A stretch of DNA of 64,000 nt from Tubiluchus corallicola (GCA_030141605.1 JAQGDQ010000628.1:60060-124059); one strand, 5' to 3'. Shown: positions 39,801 through 48,007, counted from the stretch's first letter. Numbers and translations are program-made. The notes: generated by a model from the letters alone, not told the origin.

Positions 39801-41229
39801 ATCAAAAATTGTCACAATTAATAAAAAGAATCCCACTATAACAGACGACGTTTATGTTAACCACTGAATATACATAGACCAGATAGAATCTGCAATCTAC
39901 AATTGAAAAATATAAGAAAAGGATCAAAGTAGCAATATTTAGTTGTAATATCTTTGATACAAGTCGCTTAGAAATCATTTACAGTATTTACTGCTTTTCT
40001 TTTAAATTGGTAACAGTTCACAGCATGGTTGACTGAAAAGCCTGTCTTCTTTTCTCTTTTCTTCTCCTTTCTTTTCTTTTCTTTTCTTTTCCTTTCCTTT
40101 TATTTCTTTTCGTTTCTGTTCTTTTCTTTTCTTTTTTGCCTCGCCTCGGCTTACCTTGGCTTCTCTTTCTCTTTTTCTTTCTTGTCCCTTCGTTTTAATT
40201 CCTTTCATTTTATTTTTTCCTTTTTCTTTTTTCTATTCTTATTTTAATTGTGCATCTATTAATAGTATAAAAATTTGTAGTGTACGTCTATCTTAAATTG
40301 AAAAAATACCTTCCATCTTTCCTCGTACAAAGTTGTACTGATTTCACTGAAAAAAACACAAGAAAATTAACTAAACGTGTTGGTTCGTAGTCGTTCATCA
40401 GTTGCATAAAACATAATACTAAAAATAACATTATATAAACATTTAAGAAATTATATAAACATTCAAATCAAGGTTAGTGAGTGAGTGTGTGAGTGAGTGA
40501 GTGAGTGAGTGAGTGAGTGAGTGAGTGGGTGAGTGAGTGAGTGAGTGAGTGAGTGAGTGGTGAGTGAGTGAGTGAGTGAGTGAGTGAGTGAGTGAGTGAG
40601 TGAGTGAGTGAGTGAGTGAGTGAGTGAGTGAGTGTGAGTGAGTGAGTGAGTGAGTGAGTGAGTGAGTGAGTGAGTGAGTGAGTGAGTGAGTGAGTGAGAC
40701 GTTAACTTTAATTTGATGTTATTTTTGATTTGACGTTAACTTTGATTAGACGTTAAGTTTGATTTGACGTTAACTTTGGTTTGCTGTTAACTTTGAATTG
40801 ACGTTAACCTTGGTTTGTCGTTAACTTTGAAGTGACGTTAACTTTGATATGACGTTAACTTTGATTTGACGTTAACTTTAATTTGACGTTAACTTTAATT
40901 TGACGTTAACTTTGACTTGACGTTAACTTTAGTTTGCCGTTAACTTTGATTCCACGTTAACTTTGATTTGACGTTAACCTTGATTTGCCGTTAACTTTGA
41001 TTTGACGCTAACTTTAATTTGACGTTAACTTTGATTTGCCATTAACTTTGATTCGACGTTAACTTTGATTCGACGTTAACTTTGATTTTACGTTAACTTC
41101 ACTAACAAAATTTACTTGTATAATTTATCCACTTAGTTGAAAGTAAATTCTCCTCAACTTACCTGGATTGCAGTTGATGAATACTAAGAAGTGGAAGAAC
41201 GGCAGCCAGCAAACGTTCAACTGCCTCAT
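1..41229 (-). CDS. Large secreted/extracellular multidomain protein (signal peptide - EGF-like - cadherin-like - furin site - at least 6 divergent ~170-190 aa repeats); multi-exon, 3' end outside the window
   Basis: 23 coding exons with GT-AG boundaries and consistent phases: 41163-41229, 40310-40346, 39239-39324, 37691-37799, 34091-34243, 33103-33295, 31543-31818, 30238-30468, 28502-28677, 25148-25296, 24205-24383, 22063-22378, 20741-20850, 20300-20449, 18645-18747, 14011-14179, 10401-10530, 8732-8869, 7471-7637, 3131-3270, 2074-2294, 1037-1296, 1-89. Joined length is 3649 nt with no internal stop. Confidence 0.9.
779..968. mobile_element. MITE with degenerate TTAGGG interior; relatives at 10675-12418 (inverted, expanded) and 19742-19910
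   Basis: TIR GTTTACAATTCCC / GGGAATTGTGAAC around (TTAGGG)-like hexamers. Confidence 0.7.
1037..1296 (-). CDS. Coding exon 22 (repeat 6a)
   Basis: GSSTLPVTTKL...IYFCSVEITYIDQRILPCTH...VYEP; the acceptor at 1297-1299 gives the required phase 0. Confidence 0.83.
1415..1795. repeat. ~36-bp minisatellite, ~10 copies
   Basis: CAAACAAGGCTGTGGTACTCAGGGTAACACACTACC variants. Confidence 0.9.
2074..2294 (-). CDS. Coding exon 21 (repeat 5c)
   Basis: EDDEASEISS...MCRFRVLAQVLD...LGVTPTF; phase 1/0; donor GTGAGT. Confidence 0.85.
2551..2900. mobile_element. ~350-bp MITE family (TIR ~AGCCTTTTCACAGTT, Harbinger-like); other copies at ~9079-9365, ~18420-18550, ~18835-19310, ~25325-25530, ~34351-34727
   Basis: TTTCACAGTT...AACTGTGAAAA termini and shared interior (GAACTAGGTAAGG, CAGTTCAGT...CTTCAGTT) in both orientations. 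Confidence 0.75.
3131..3270 (-). CDS. Coding exon 20 (repeat 5b)
   Basis: LLECGTNFYCMNR...GTWKVDWVLNT(G); phase 2/1. Confidence 0.83.
3458..4200 (-). mobile_element. Gypsy-type LTR retrotransposon 3' remnant (integrase C-terminus, polypurine tract, short LTR)
   Basis: ORF 3841-4191 has NKFSTPFNPEPHTV...RNMSHVK...RRSQRIKKRPIKFNDYV, typical of Gypsy pol C-termini; minus-strand AAAAAGGAAGGAGA directly precedes a TGT...ACA segment at 3458-3617. Confidence 0.75.
5213..5779. repeat. 40-bp minisatellite, ~14 near-identical copies
   Basis: TTTTGCTTTGCAGAAACGCCATGGACTTCACAAGCATTTC. Confidence 0.97.
6385..6825 (+). mobile_element. 5'-truncated RTE-clade LINE
   Basis: VVRPALIYG...EMRMLRWMVGVTRRDKIRN...RLRWYGH...RRRGRPKLRW; (GAA)n 3' tail; flanking TATATGCATAAAG duplication. 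Confidence 0.88.
6829..7282. mobile_element. Tc1/mariner-pogo-type MITE
   Basis: ~27-bp TIR CGTATTTTCCCGTGTATAAGAGACCCT; TA on both sides; no ORF. Confidence 0.85.
7471..7637 (-). CDS. Coding exon 19 (repeat 5a)
   Basis: LLDTEKATVKPYPKETAAVVGHVVYVDAVIEM...LNIADI(R); phase 0/2. Confidence 0.83.
7866..8552. mobile_element. Non-autonomous TTAA-flanked DNA element (Kolobok-like); related copies at ~4225-4437, ~54620-55295 (inverted) and ~58470-58657
   Basis: Shared blocks TGACGTCATGTAATGG..., TTAGATAACATT..., CCAAGTAAAATTTTAAATTACTGTA recur between copies; ends at TTAA. Confidence 0.65.
8732..8869 (-). CDS. Coding exon 18 (repeat 4d)
   Basis: VLYTNTEQMVVDLGGDYVFGGGMEYGSSTLWIGG...KPTV; phase 0/0. 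Confidence 0.85.
10401..10530 (-). CDS. Coding exon 17 (repeat 4c)
   Basis: MADANIVDRVVVTNMGVICNTGDAN...IRYAGR; AAG acceptor, phase 2/0. Confidence 0.82.
10700..12370. repeat. 45-bp minisatellite built from CCCTAA/CCCTAG variants, ~37 copies
   Basis: Unit CTAACGCTACCTATCTCTAACACTAGCCCTAGCCCTAACCCTAAT; 15-aa periodicity in the spurious ORFs. Confidence 0.95.
12760..14005 (+). mobile_element. Degraded LINE 3' fragment interrupted by an LTR-like element
   Basis: Frameshifted ORF2-like pieces (LQDDIDIKHH; ANFIIRRFKNNCANVKRRLF...CTQLYC); AATAAA plus AAT-type tail near 13980-14005. Confidence 0.55.
13254..13903 (+). mobile_element. Solo LTR-like element with tandemly amplified 3' end
   Basis: TGTGGAAGT...ACTTTCACA termini, 5-bp TSD CTATG, TATA-like and AATAAA signals; 88-bp unit repeated about 3 times. 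Confidence 0.8.
14011..14179 (-). CDS. Coding exon 16 (repeat 4b)
   Basis: ATMGPTSIEIFSP...FEMCEARVMSVGRNLPCLQ...HDS; phase 1/2. Confidence 0.87.
14259..14372. repeat. Palindrome with ~50-bp arms
   Basis: TATTAACAGACATAGCCATAGACATCTTTATTGGTCAT ... ATGACCAATAAAGATGTCTATGGCTATGTCTGTTAATA. Confidence 0.9.
15051..15360. repeat. Long near-perfect palindrome (~150-bp arms, ~10-nt loop) in a LINE 3' remnant
   Basis: 15051-15200 is the reverse complement of 15211-15360 with few mismatches. Confidence 0.92.
15424..18102. mobile_element. 2.7-kb non-autonomous or decayed DNA transposon with TTAA TSD (Kolobok/Sola3-type termini)
   Basis: TTAA|GAACGAGTCCGCGAGAGCACCATGCA ... TGCATGGTCTTCTCGCGGACGCGTTC|TTAA; no intact transposase. 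Confidence 0.8.
18645..18747 (-). CDS. Coding exon 15 (repeat 4a)
   Basis: VEDLPSNTLSFYSDVTDAYHMDVIAVDWKMVFSP; phase 0/1. Confidence 0.82.
19912..20290. repeat. Compound tetra- and pentanucleotide microsatellites
   Basis: GCGT/GCAT/GTAT, then TGTAA/TGATA/CGATA/CGACA blocks. Confidence 0.93.
20300..20449 (-). CDS. Coding exon 14 (repeat 3c)
   Basis: ATAGASTGLTETPKVEITVQY...EHPDPN; phase 0/0. Confidence 0.85.
20741..20850 (-). CDS. Coding exon 13 (repeat 3b)
   Basis: NVYKMEMSVGCVTNTGIFDLDEIPDQNKLTFEVFVT; phase 1/0. Confidence 0.85.
20895..21810. repeat. 30-33-bp minisatellite with an internal GT/T-rich interruption
   Basis: ATCAGACATCATGTTGCTTTATCAGAAATAATT variants. Confidence 0.93.
22063..22378 (-). 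CDS. Coding exon 12 (repeat 3a)
   Basis: ASGDAAPVAS...YLSICGIKWISGGKNIAY...NHAHY; an alternative in-phase donor would extend the exon to 22051. Confidence 0.85.
24205..24383 (-). CDS. Coding exon 11 (repeat 2c)
   Basis: SAGDDVKVEMQFAV...SGPSLCKL; phase 1/0. Confidence 0.85.
25148..25296 (-). CDS. Coding exon 10 (repeat 2b)
   Basis: ARVMSEQAGGALCFPKW...AFLGQVPNNNP; phase 2/1. Confidence 0.85.
25890..26535. repeat. ~79-bp repeat units in both orientations (foldback-like)
   Basis: TTGATAATGAACAGTTTGTTCGAAACC..TCGGTTCAA about 4 times, reverse-complement copy at ~25905-25965, and a ~44-bp inverted pair at 26012-26056 / 26490-26533. Confidence 0.8.
26625..26660 (+). ncRNA. Minimal type I hammerhead ribozyme motif (Penelope-like element type)
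   Basis: TCAG-CTGATGA-G-GCCT(GCTG)GGGC-GAAA-GC-TA-CTGA: catalytic boxes CUGAUGA and GAAA, stem I TCAG/CTGA, stem II with one extra nt after A9, palindromic AGCT in place of stem III. Confidence 0.65.
26751..28523. repeat. 50-bp minisatellite (~35 copies) spanning the 3' end and splice donor of exon 9
   Basis: TTTACATCCATGAACATCTTTACCTACCTGGTTACAACTGCATGAGATTC; the last unit overlaps exon 28502-28677. Confidence 0.96.
28502..28677 (-). CDS. Coding exon 9 (repeat 2a)
   Basis: ELNYNGHVSES...LRVLIDDQSQAVVT(S); donor CAG/GTAGGT. Confidence 0.85.
28740..29106 (-). mobile_element. Solo LTR-like element (same family as 13254)
   Basis: TG...CA termini and perfect 5-bp TSD AGGTG. Confidence 0.82.
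29637..30045 (-). mobile_element. Solo LTR-like element (same family as 13254)
   Basis: TG...CA termini; TSD AGAAT/AGATT (4 of 5 match); colinear with the other two copies. Confidence 0.8.
30238..30468 (-). CDS. Coding exon 8 (repeat 1b)
   Basis: YDWMVLNLGTVTRTSG...QNTVDN; phase 0/0. Confidence 0.88.
31543..31818 (-). CDS. Coding exon 7 (repeat 1a)
   Basis: APDEPVFDVAVHP...LMKICKVEIASWGSSL...DYPTL; phase 0/0. Confidence 0.88.
32397..33030. repeat. Compound hexanucleotide microsatellite (TTTGTG, TTTGTA, TTGGTA blocks)
   Basis: Direct reading. Confidence 0.97.
33103..33295 (-). CDS. Coding exon 6, end of cadherin-like domain plus furin-type site
   Basis: LEVEVRNPTG...PYPLHRRVKRS; donor GTAAGT. 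Confidence 0.88.
34091..34243 (-). CDS. Coding exon 5, cadherin-like domain middle part
   Basis: DVTCIKDKQDCPCGKLNFFISDGNTDGSFLIDPDTGEILLRKQLDGETTY; GN...FxIDxxTGEI...LDxE motifs. Confidence 0.9.
36815..37650. repeat. 60-bp minisatellite, ~14 copies
   Basis: TTGAGTCAGCTGACGTAGTAGCAATTGACTCAGCTTCAGTCGAGCTAGCTAATTTACTGC. Confidence 0.97.
37691..37799 (-). CDS. Coding exon 4, cadherin-like domain N-terminal part
   Basis: NKFTPWFNRRQVEITIESSLSIGSRIYTVTATDLD; NxxxPxF and AxDxD cadherin motifs. Confidence 0.9.
38352..39233. repeat. 57-bp AT-rich minisatellite, ~15 copies, abutting the donor of the EGF exon
   Basis: AAAACATGTAGATCAATTCATTTTACTAATTTTTAAGTATGTTTTGAAATCTAGTTA. Confidence 0.95.
39239..39324 (-). 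CDS. Coding exon 3, EGF-like domain
   Basis: TVDCLNGKCDDGECECKPCWKGLSCNLF; CxNGxC...CxCxxxWxGxxC pattern. Confidence 0.9.
40310..40346 (-). CDS. Coding exon 2 (37-nt micro-exon)
   Basis: (V)KSVQLCTRKDG(S); phase 1 to 2, which bridges the neighbouring exons. Confidence 0.7.
40475..41100. repeat. (GTGA)n microsatellite followed by a 17-bp minisatellite (~24 copies)
   Basis: GACGTTAACTTTGATTT units from 40698. Confidence 0.95.
41163..41229 (-). CDS. Coding exon 1 of large gene, signal peptide
   Basis: MRQLNVCWLPFFHFLVFINCNP; donor GTAAGT; an upstream acceptor at ~41297 suggests a further non-coding 5' exon. Confidence 0.75.
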
Positions 41230-41717
41230 CTCGTACAGTCATCCACTAATTAAACCGCTTATTCGTTAAAGTTTGCTAACAGCAATAGCGTCTTTCCTGC
41301 AACGCAAAATTTAAGTAACTAGCAGTAACGCCTCTGACGAAAATTAAGACCTTCTGTGCACCTGACTAGATGACGATACAAATACTGATTCTGTCTAACG
41401 CGTATTTGTATTGAAAGGTTTGAAAACCCAAAAATGACAATTGAGCTTCGCTGGATGTATTGATGTAAAGAACTAGCTTGGTTTGCGTCAGCACCATTAC
41501 CAAAATAATGAGAGTTGGGAACTCGTTGTTAGGAGACAGTATGAATGCATTGTCAACATCTTTTATGCCTACAATTGATTTAACGAGACTTGAAACCCTG
41601 TCACGCAGTAACTCTCTATGACTACCAGCGTTAAGCTCAATAATTGAAGCAGGCTGGCTCACAGACTAGTTAGTTATTTATTTAGACTGGTAATTTCTTT
41701 TATCCAAATGAAATTAA

Positions 41718-42392
41718 CGAGAGAGAGAGAGAGGGGGGGGGAGTGAGTGAGTGAGTGAGCAAAGGTGTGAGATACTGGTTGAGACAGTGAGTGTGAGAGT
41801 GTGTGAGTGAGTAAGTGAGTGAGTGAGCAACCGAGTGAGTGAGTGACTGAGTGAGTAAATGAGTGAGTGAGTGAGTGAGTGAGTGAGTGAGTGAGTGAGT
41901 AAGTGAGTGAGTGAGCGACTGAGTGACAAATTGAGTGAGTGAGTGAGTGAGTGAGTGAGTGAGCGAATGAGTGAATGAATGAGTGAGTGAGTGAGTGAGT
42001 GAGTGAGTGAATGAGTGAGTGAGTGAATGAGTGAGTGAGTGAGTGAGTGAGTGAGTGAGTGAGTGATGAGTGAGTGAGTGAGTGAGTGAGTTATGAGTGA
42101 GTGAGTGAGTGAGTGAGTGACCAATTGAGTGAGTGAGTGATTGAGTGAGTGAGTGAGTAAGTGAGTGAGTGAGCGACTGAGTGACAAATTGAGTGAGTGT
42201 GTGAGTGAATGAGTGAGTGAGTGAGTGAGTTAGTGAGTGAGGTAGTGTGTGAGAGTGTGTGTGTGTGAGTGAGTGAGTGAGTGAGTGCGTGCGTGAGTGA
42301 GTGAGTGAGTGAGTGAGTGAGTGAGTGAGTGAGTGAGTGAGTGAGTGAGTGAGTGAGTGAGTGAGTGAGTGAGTGAGTGAGTAAGTGAGTGA
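41718..42392. repeat. (GTGA)n microsatellite tract
   Basis: Direct reading. Confidence 0.95.
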
Positions 42393-42439
42393 GACGTTCA
42401 ACCCACTGGCGGCTCGTGTATAGGTAGTGTGGAACTGCA

Positions 42440-42900
42440 GCACTCCCTAGTTTCACTCAATATTATCGATAATATTCAATATAATAAGTCTCTTTTCTTT
42501 AGTTCTTTCTTTATACTTGTACGGAACCAGAGCACGCGAAGGCAGTACTGTTTGCTTCACAGCACAGCACAGTGCGCTCCAGCAACGTGGTTTTGGCTGT
42601 AACAGTTGTGCGCATGCGGCCATGCACACGTGCCTGGACCCAAGTAGAGAAAGTACTGTCACCCACACAGTTTGTTATCAGTTGTCACGTGCTTACCGTG
42701 AATGGATCGAGCTTGAACTGCTACAATTTAGGCTATTTGGGAGTTTATCAAGTTTATGTAGCAACTTTTCTATGTTTGTTTGTTTGAAACTAGAATTACA
42801 ACATTAAAATCACATGTTTGTTTCGTTTTACACAGTATTAAAACAATGGCTAAAACATTTCTGAAGCAGCACCACACTAATTTTAATTACGAACCGCAAC
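42440..42900. mobile_element. Interspersed repeat; inverted relatives at ~22430-22790 and ~45180-45270
   Basis: Shared AGAGC.CG.GA.GG.AGTACTGTTTGCTTCACAGC and CACTCAATATTATCGATAATATT blocks. Confidence 0.6.
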
Positions 42901-43234
42901 TGGTTCAACCAGTATAATTTATAACAGCAGTATGAATATTTTAGTTCGTTTTGCGAAAAATTGAATAGATGTCTAACGAACTTAGTCTCATGAGATTCCG
43001 AACAGTGTCTGTTACTACAGGAAACAATCGTAGCTGTAACCAAATGAACCATTAAAATTATTTGCAGATAAAACAACGTATTGATCTGACCATACATTTT
43101 TGTACATTTTTTACTTGGTTTCTTTTCATAGATGTTGATCTTAGTCTTATGACTTTCACTCGAGGTGGTTAAAATTATTCTTTTATTCTTGTCCTATATT
43201 ATTATTGTTATTATTATCGTTAACTTGTCCTTAT

Positions 43235-43531
43235 AGGTAGGTAGGTAGACAGATAGACAGATGTGGATGGATGGATGGATGGATGGATGGATGGATGGAT
43301 GGATGGATGGATGGATGGATGGATGGATGGATGGATGGATGGATGGATGGATGGATGGATGGATGGATGGATGGATGGATGGATGGATGGATGGATGGAT
43401 GGATGGATGGATAGATAGATAGATAGATAGTAGATGGAAAGATAGATAGATAGTTATATAGATAGACAGGCAGAGAAAAAGAGAGAGAAAGAGAGAGAGG
43501 GAGAGAGAGAGAGGTGAGAGAGGAGGAGGAG

Positions 43532-43571
<40 letters not shown>

Positions 43572-43592
43572 AGAGAGAGAGCGAGAGAGAGC

Positions 43593-43656
<64 letters not shown>

Positions 43657-43700
43657 GAAAGGGAGAGAAAGAGAGAGAAAGAGAGAGAAAGAGAGAGACT
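43235..43700. repeat. (GGAT)n/(GATA)n/(GA)n compound microsatellite
   Basis: Direct reading. Confidence 0.95.
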
Positions 43701-46119
43701 AGTGTATGTATTATACCACCCCGGTTGTTTTTTGTCTTCAAATCTGTTTGCTATGCCTTAATTAAAAAACTGCAATTCACCAGAAAAATAATTGTGCTTT
43801 TGCAATGTTTACATAAAATAAGAACCGTGTTTCCTTGAAACTAGGAAAAAGTACACCTAAAGAAGAGAACCAGATCATTTATCAAAAAAGTGACAGCACA
43901 ACCTCCAGCTATGTTCAAGTGTAATTTCCAATTCGTAGTCCAACAGTGTAGTTCAAGTGTAATTTCCAATTCAGCAAATTCCGGGGGCAGTCTTATAGCG
44001 ACATTAGTCAGTCAACAGGATGCCTCTTCAGCATAAATACGTGTGAAGGAAATACCTGTTGTAACATTGCGCTAAAGTGTAAACAAATATGTTTGTTTCT
44101 CCAAGCTTGAGTTTGAGTAAATAAAGAAATGCTTGTACTTTAAGTTTACACTCTTGTTGTGTTTTCGGTAACGATGGACGTTAAATGCAAAATACTTTGT
44201 TAGAAAATTGTAAAATTGTATAGAAACAAACGAACTCTTCTTTTCGATAATATCAGTAAGTATTTAATTTGACTACATTTTACTACATAGTTTTACTATA
44301 TACATGTACTACATACACACAAAAAGGTTTTAACTACATTGTACTATGCGTTTTATCTAGTTTATACTAAATTTACCTAAAAGTATGTTGCTCTTGCTAG
44401 GGAAGAAAATTGGGGAATGAAAATTTATATTATTGAAGGTCTCTCGTGATTGACTCGAGATGTTTTTCAGGTAACAGGTTATAATACCTACTGAGACTCA
44501 AAATAAACCTCTTACAATTTACGGGTATTTCAAGTTAACTTAAGTGTTTCAAAATATATAATAATTAATTTTTAGATAGTTCCATAAGCTTTAGATAGAT
44601 GAGTATTTTAGGTAGTTTATTAGTTTTAGTTTGTTTAGTACCATGGTTCACAGTAATTAAATAATTCAGTGAAATGTTTCGTTGTTGGGCGAACTTACCG
44701 ACATTTAGATTGGTGGTCACATTGTGGGGAAGGGGAGGTCACAGCACTAACTCCCTCCTCGGAAATAACCGACTTCTTCGCTTACATCACTCCAAGTGCA
44801 CACTTGTTTATTTGAATTTATTTGGGTTTATATGTTTTTATTTGATTTTAAGTGTGTCCTAAGTTACGAAGAAGCAAATTTACAGTATCATTTGCTGTGG
44901 TGACTTGTAGCTAAAATTAACGGGGGGTGCTACTTGCCCTAGTAATTTTAGCTACAAGCCACCAACAAACATACGTAATGTTGTAATTTTAAACAAACAA
45001 ACGTGCGAAAATTTATGCATAAACTTGATAAAATCCTAAACGAGAAATATTGTTTGCTTACGGATAGCTTAAATTGTTACAGTTAGACAATATACGGCTT
45101 TTAAGGACGTGACAACTGACAACATATATTGCCTAAGCGAGAGCACTCTTTCTATCTAAAGTACAGCATCTTATCTCAGTCATGTGCGCATGGCCGCATG
45201 CGCACAACAGCCTCTTTCCTTGTGGCTGTGGCTGTGGAGCAAACAGTTCTACCCTCACATGCTCTGGTTCAGCAATTGACTCAAAGAACTCCGCGTCATT
45301 GACGCCATATTTTTCCTTCTGGTACTAAAATACCCAAAGAGGTATTATGTATACCTCTTTATAGTTGTTATGTCACATTTACTTCGCTTTTGTGCAATGT
45401 AATTATGTAGGAACGGTCATGTTAAGTACCGTTTTGTTTGTAAGCTGGTATGTTTATCGGTGTGTGGTAATTATGGCACAGGGGAAAATGGAACAGGTAA
45501 AAATGGCACAAGAAAAAATGGCACAGGTAAAAACGGTACAGGAAAAAATTATAGGTAAAATGGCACAGGAAAAAATTATAGGTAAAAATGGCACAGGAAA
45601 AAATTATAGGTAAAAATGGCACAGGAAAGAATGGCACAGCAAAAATGGCGTAAATGAAAAAGTAGATAAAAATAGCACATAAGTATTTTATCCTGATGTA
45701 ACTGATTTCTATAATAAAACTAGAATGCGTTCAACAGGAAGCAGATCTCTGACAAAACCGAACAGTCCTAAACTTGTTCATCTGATTCATCTGGTTAAAA
45801 AATTTAGCACAAAGATAAACAAGCAATCGTGCAAAATTTGACTACATTGGTATTATATAGAGTATAGCCTAGCAAAAGACTCACAAGATATTTGTTCATT
45901 AAATAGAATTTCTAATCAATAATGTACGAATGTTCCACATAGTCTTTATCTACCCTTTTAGCCATTAATTTGGTGGCCTTTTGTTAGTGCATAGTTTCAT
46001 GCGTGAGTTATAGTTTAGTTAGGCTATCGCCATCATCGACAATTTCATCAACATTATTTTTCACCTTCCTAGCTAAGAGTAGGTAGGGGGCGTTGTAATT
46101 GTCATGTTTAGAAAATCTT

Positions 46120-46685
46120 TCGTCGTCGTCAACATGATGATGATGATCATCGTTGTTGTCGTCATCGTCATTGTTGTCATCTTTGACACACTATCATCAT
46201 CATCATCATCATCATCAACTTCATTTTTGTCGTCATCATCATCGTTGTTGTTTTCATCATCATTGTTGTCATCCTTGACACACCATCAGCATTATCACCA
46301 TCATCATTTTTGTCGTCATCATCATCGTTGTTGTTTTCATCGTCATTGTTGTCATCCTTGACACACCATCAGCATCATCATCATCATCATTTTTGTCGTT
46401 ATCATCATCGTTGTTGTTTTCATCATCGTTGTTGTTTTCATCGTCAATGTTGTCATTCTTGACACACCATCAGCATCATCATCATAATCGTCACCATCAT
46501 CATTTTTGTCGTCATCATCATCGTTGTTGTTTTCATCGTCATTGTTGTCATCTTTGACACACTATCACCATCATCATCATCATTATCACCATCACCATCG
46601 TCATCAGCATCATCATCACCATCACCATCGTAATAATCATCGTCATCATTGTTGTCATCATCACTATTGTCGTCATCACTGTCAC
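46120..46685. repeat. CAT/CGT trinucleotide low-complexity tract with higher-order duplication
   Basis: Recurrent TTGTTGTCATCCTTGACACACCATCAGCAT blocks. Confidence 0.85.
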
Positions 46686-46822
46686 GGGAAACAATTATCA
46701 ACGACAGCAATTATCCACACATTAATTTGTAAAAGTTCACAAAAACATAAACTTTTTCACAAGTTATAAAATATTGCTATTATTTATTTAGGTTGCAATT
46801 TCAAGTTCAAGATTCTCTCATT

Positions 46823-48007
46823 ATGGATATGATACGAAATTATAGTACTGGAGAGGAGTACAGTCACACGTGGGTCATCAACGTAACTGATACTTACAAC
46901 AACGATGATGATGATGTCTACAACTACACCAACATGACCACACCTATTGAAAAAGTTCATTCGCAGCATGCTGTAACATTGAGGATTGTTTTTTGCATCT
47001 TGTACATCATCGTAGGTGTTCCTGCCAATCTTCTCACAATTCTGGCAGTTCTAGCCACACCCACTCTTCGTGCCCAAGTCATCAACATCTTCGTGGCAGC
47101 ACTAGCCATGACAGACTTTCTATTCTGTTCGTTCAACTTGCCAATTCAAGCTGTACGCTGGGTAAATCAAGACTGGATTCTCAGCATCGGCCTGTGCAAA
47201 TTCGTAATATATTTCTATTCCAGTCTTGTCGGGACATCCATGTTTATCATGACTTTCATTGCACTGACCAGATACATTGCCATTGTCTGGTATCAGTCAC
47301 GAAAAAAGACCTTCAAGCGATGGCAGATTGCATCAATGATTGTCTTCAGTTGGGTATTTCCCTTTGTGATGGTGCTGCCTACACTGCTGGGAGCATGGGG
47401 AGAATTCCAATACAAAGAGGATGACTACACTTGCGACTTTGCTGAAAAGGATGGGAAGGACCCCCAACTCATCCTTTATGGCTTGTTATGTGGCCTGACA
47501 ATCCCAACAACAACCTTCTGCTACCTTGGCATCCTTATCAGCGTCCGGAGACATGGTAGTGAAAACATGGCGGCAACGGACAAACTCAGGAGAGAACGCG
47601 AGAATGCACTTACTCGAATGGTGGTGGTGATCTACGTGGCCTTTTGGTTGCTACTTTTGCCAAAATTGATCGTAGAAGCTCTTTGGGACGAGCAAGAATC
47701 ACGTGAGGCTGACACGGTCACCGGAATTCTTCTTTGGACAGTTTCAATCATCAATCCGTTGATTTATGGCTTTATGAACAAGAATTATCGCAAAGCTTAT
47801 AAAAAAGTGATCTACACTACGCTGGCTTGGATAGGATCTGGATTTGATGAATCTAAGCGGTTACTGGAACTTAGCACTAGAACTAACACAACTCATAATG
47901 TCTCATCAGCAAGGTCACATAACAGCAGAGCATCCAAGAAAAGCAGTAGTACAAATTCAGTTGTTGTGGAAGATCGTGGTGCAAGAGTCTCCGAAACGCA
48001 GACATGA
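46823..48007 (+). CDS. Rhodopsin-like class A GPCR, Moody/Tre1/GPR84-like; single coding exon
   Basis: Seven hydrophobic segments; GxxAN (TM1), LAxxD (TM2), TRY at the DRY position, W..P (TM4), NPLIYGFMNKNYRKAY (TM7/H8); N-terminal N-glycosylation sequons and Ser/Thr-rich tail. First ATG at 46823; acceptor-like TTTAG at 46787-46791. Confidence 0.93.
   Translation: MDMIRNYSTGEEYSHTWVINVTDTYNNDDDDVYNYTNMTTPIEKVHSQHAVTLRIVFCILYIIVGVPANLLTILAVLATPTLRAQVINIFVAALAMTDFLFCSFNLPIQAVRWVNQDWILSIGLCKFVIYFYSSLVGTSMFIMTFIALTRYIAIVWYQSRKKTFKRWQIASMIVFSWVFPFVMVLPTLLGAWGEFQYKEDDYTCDFAEKDGKDPQLILYGLLCGLTIPTTTFCYLGILISVRRHGSENMAATDKLRRERENALTRMVVVIYVAFWLLLLPKLIVEALWDEQESREADTVTGILLWTVSIINPLIYGFMNKNYRKAYKKVIYTTLAWIGSGFDESKRLLELSTRTNTTHNVSSARSHNSRASKKSSSTNSVVVEDRGARVSETQT

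Noticed and set aside
41700-42456. THSL-repeat ORFs
   Set aside because: (GTGA)n microsatellite translation.
46993-47424. Overlapping 143-aa ORF within the GPCR
   Set aside because: Alternative-frame shadow with no ATG start or recognisable features.
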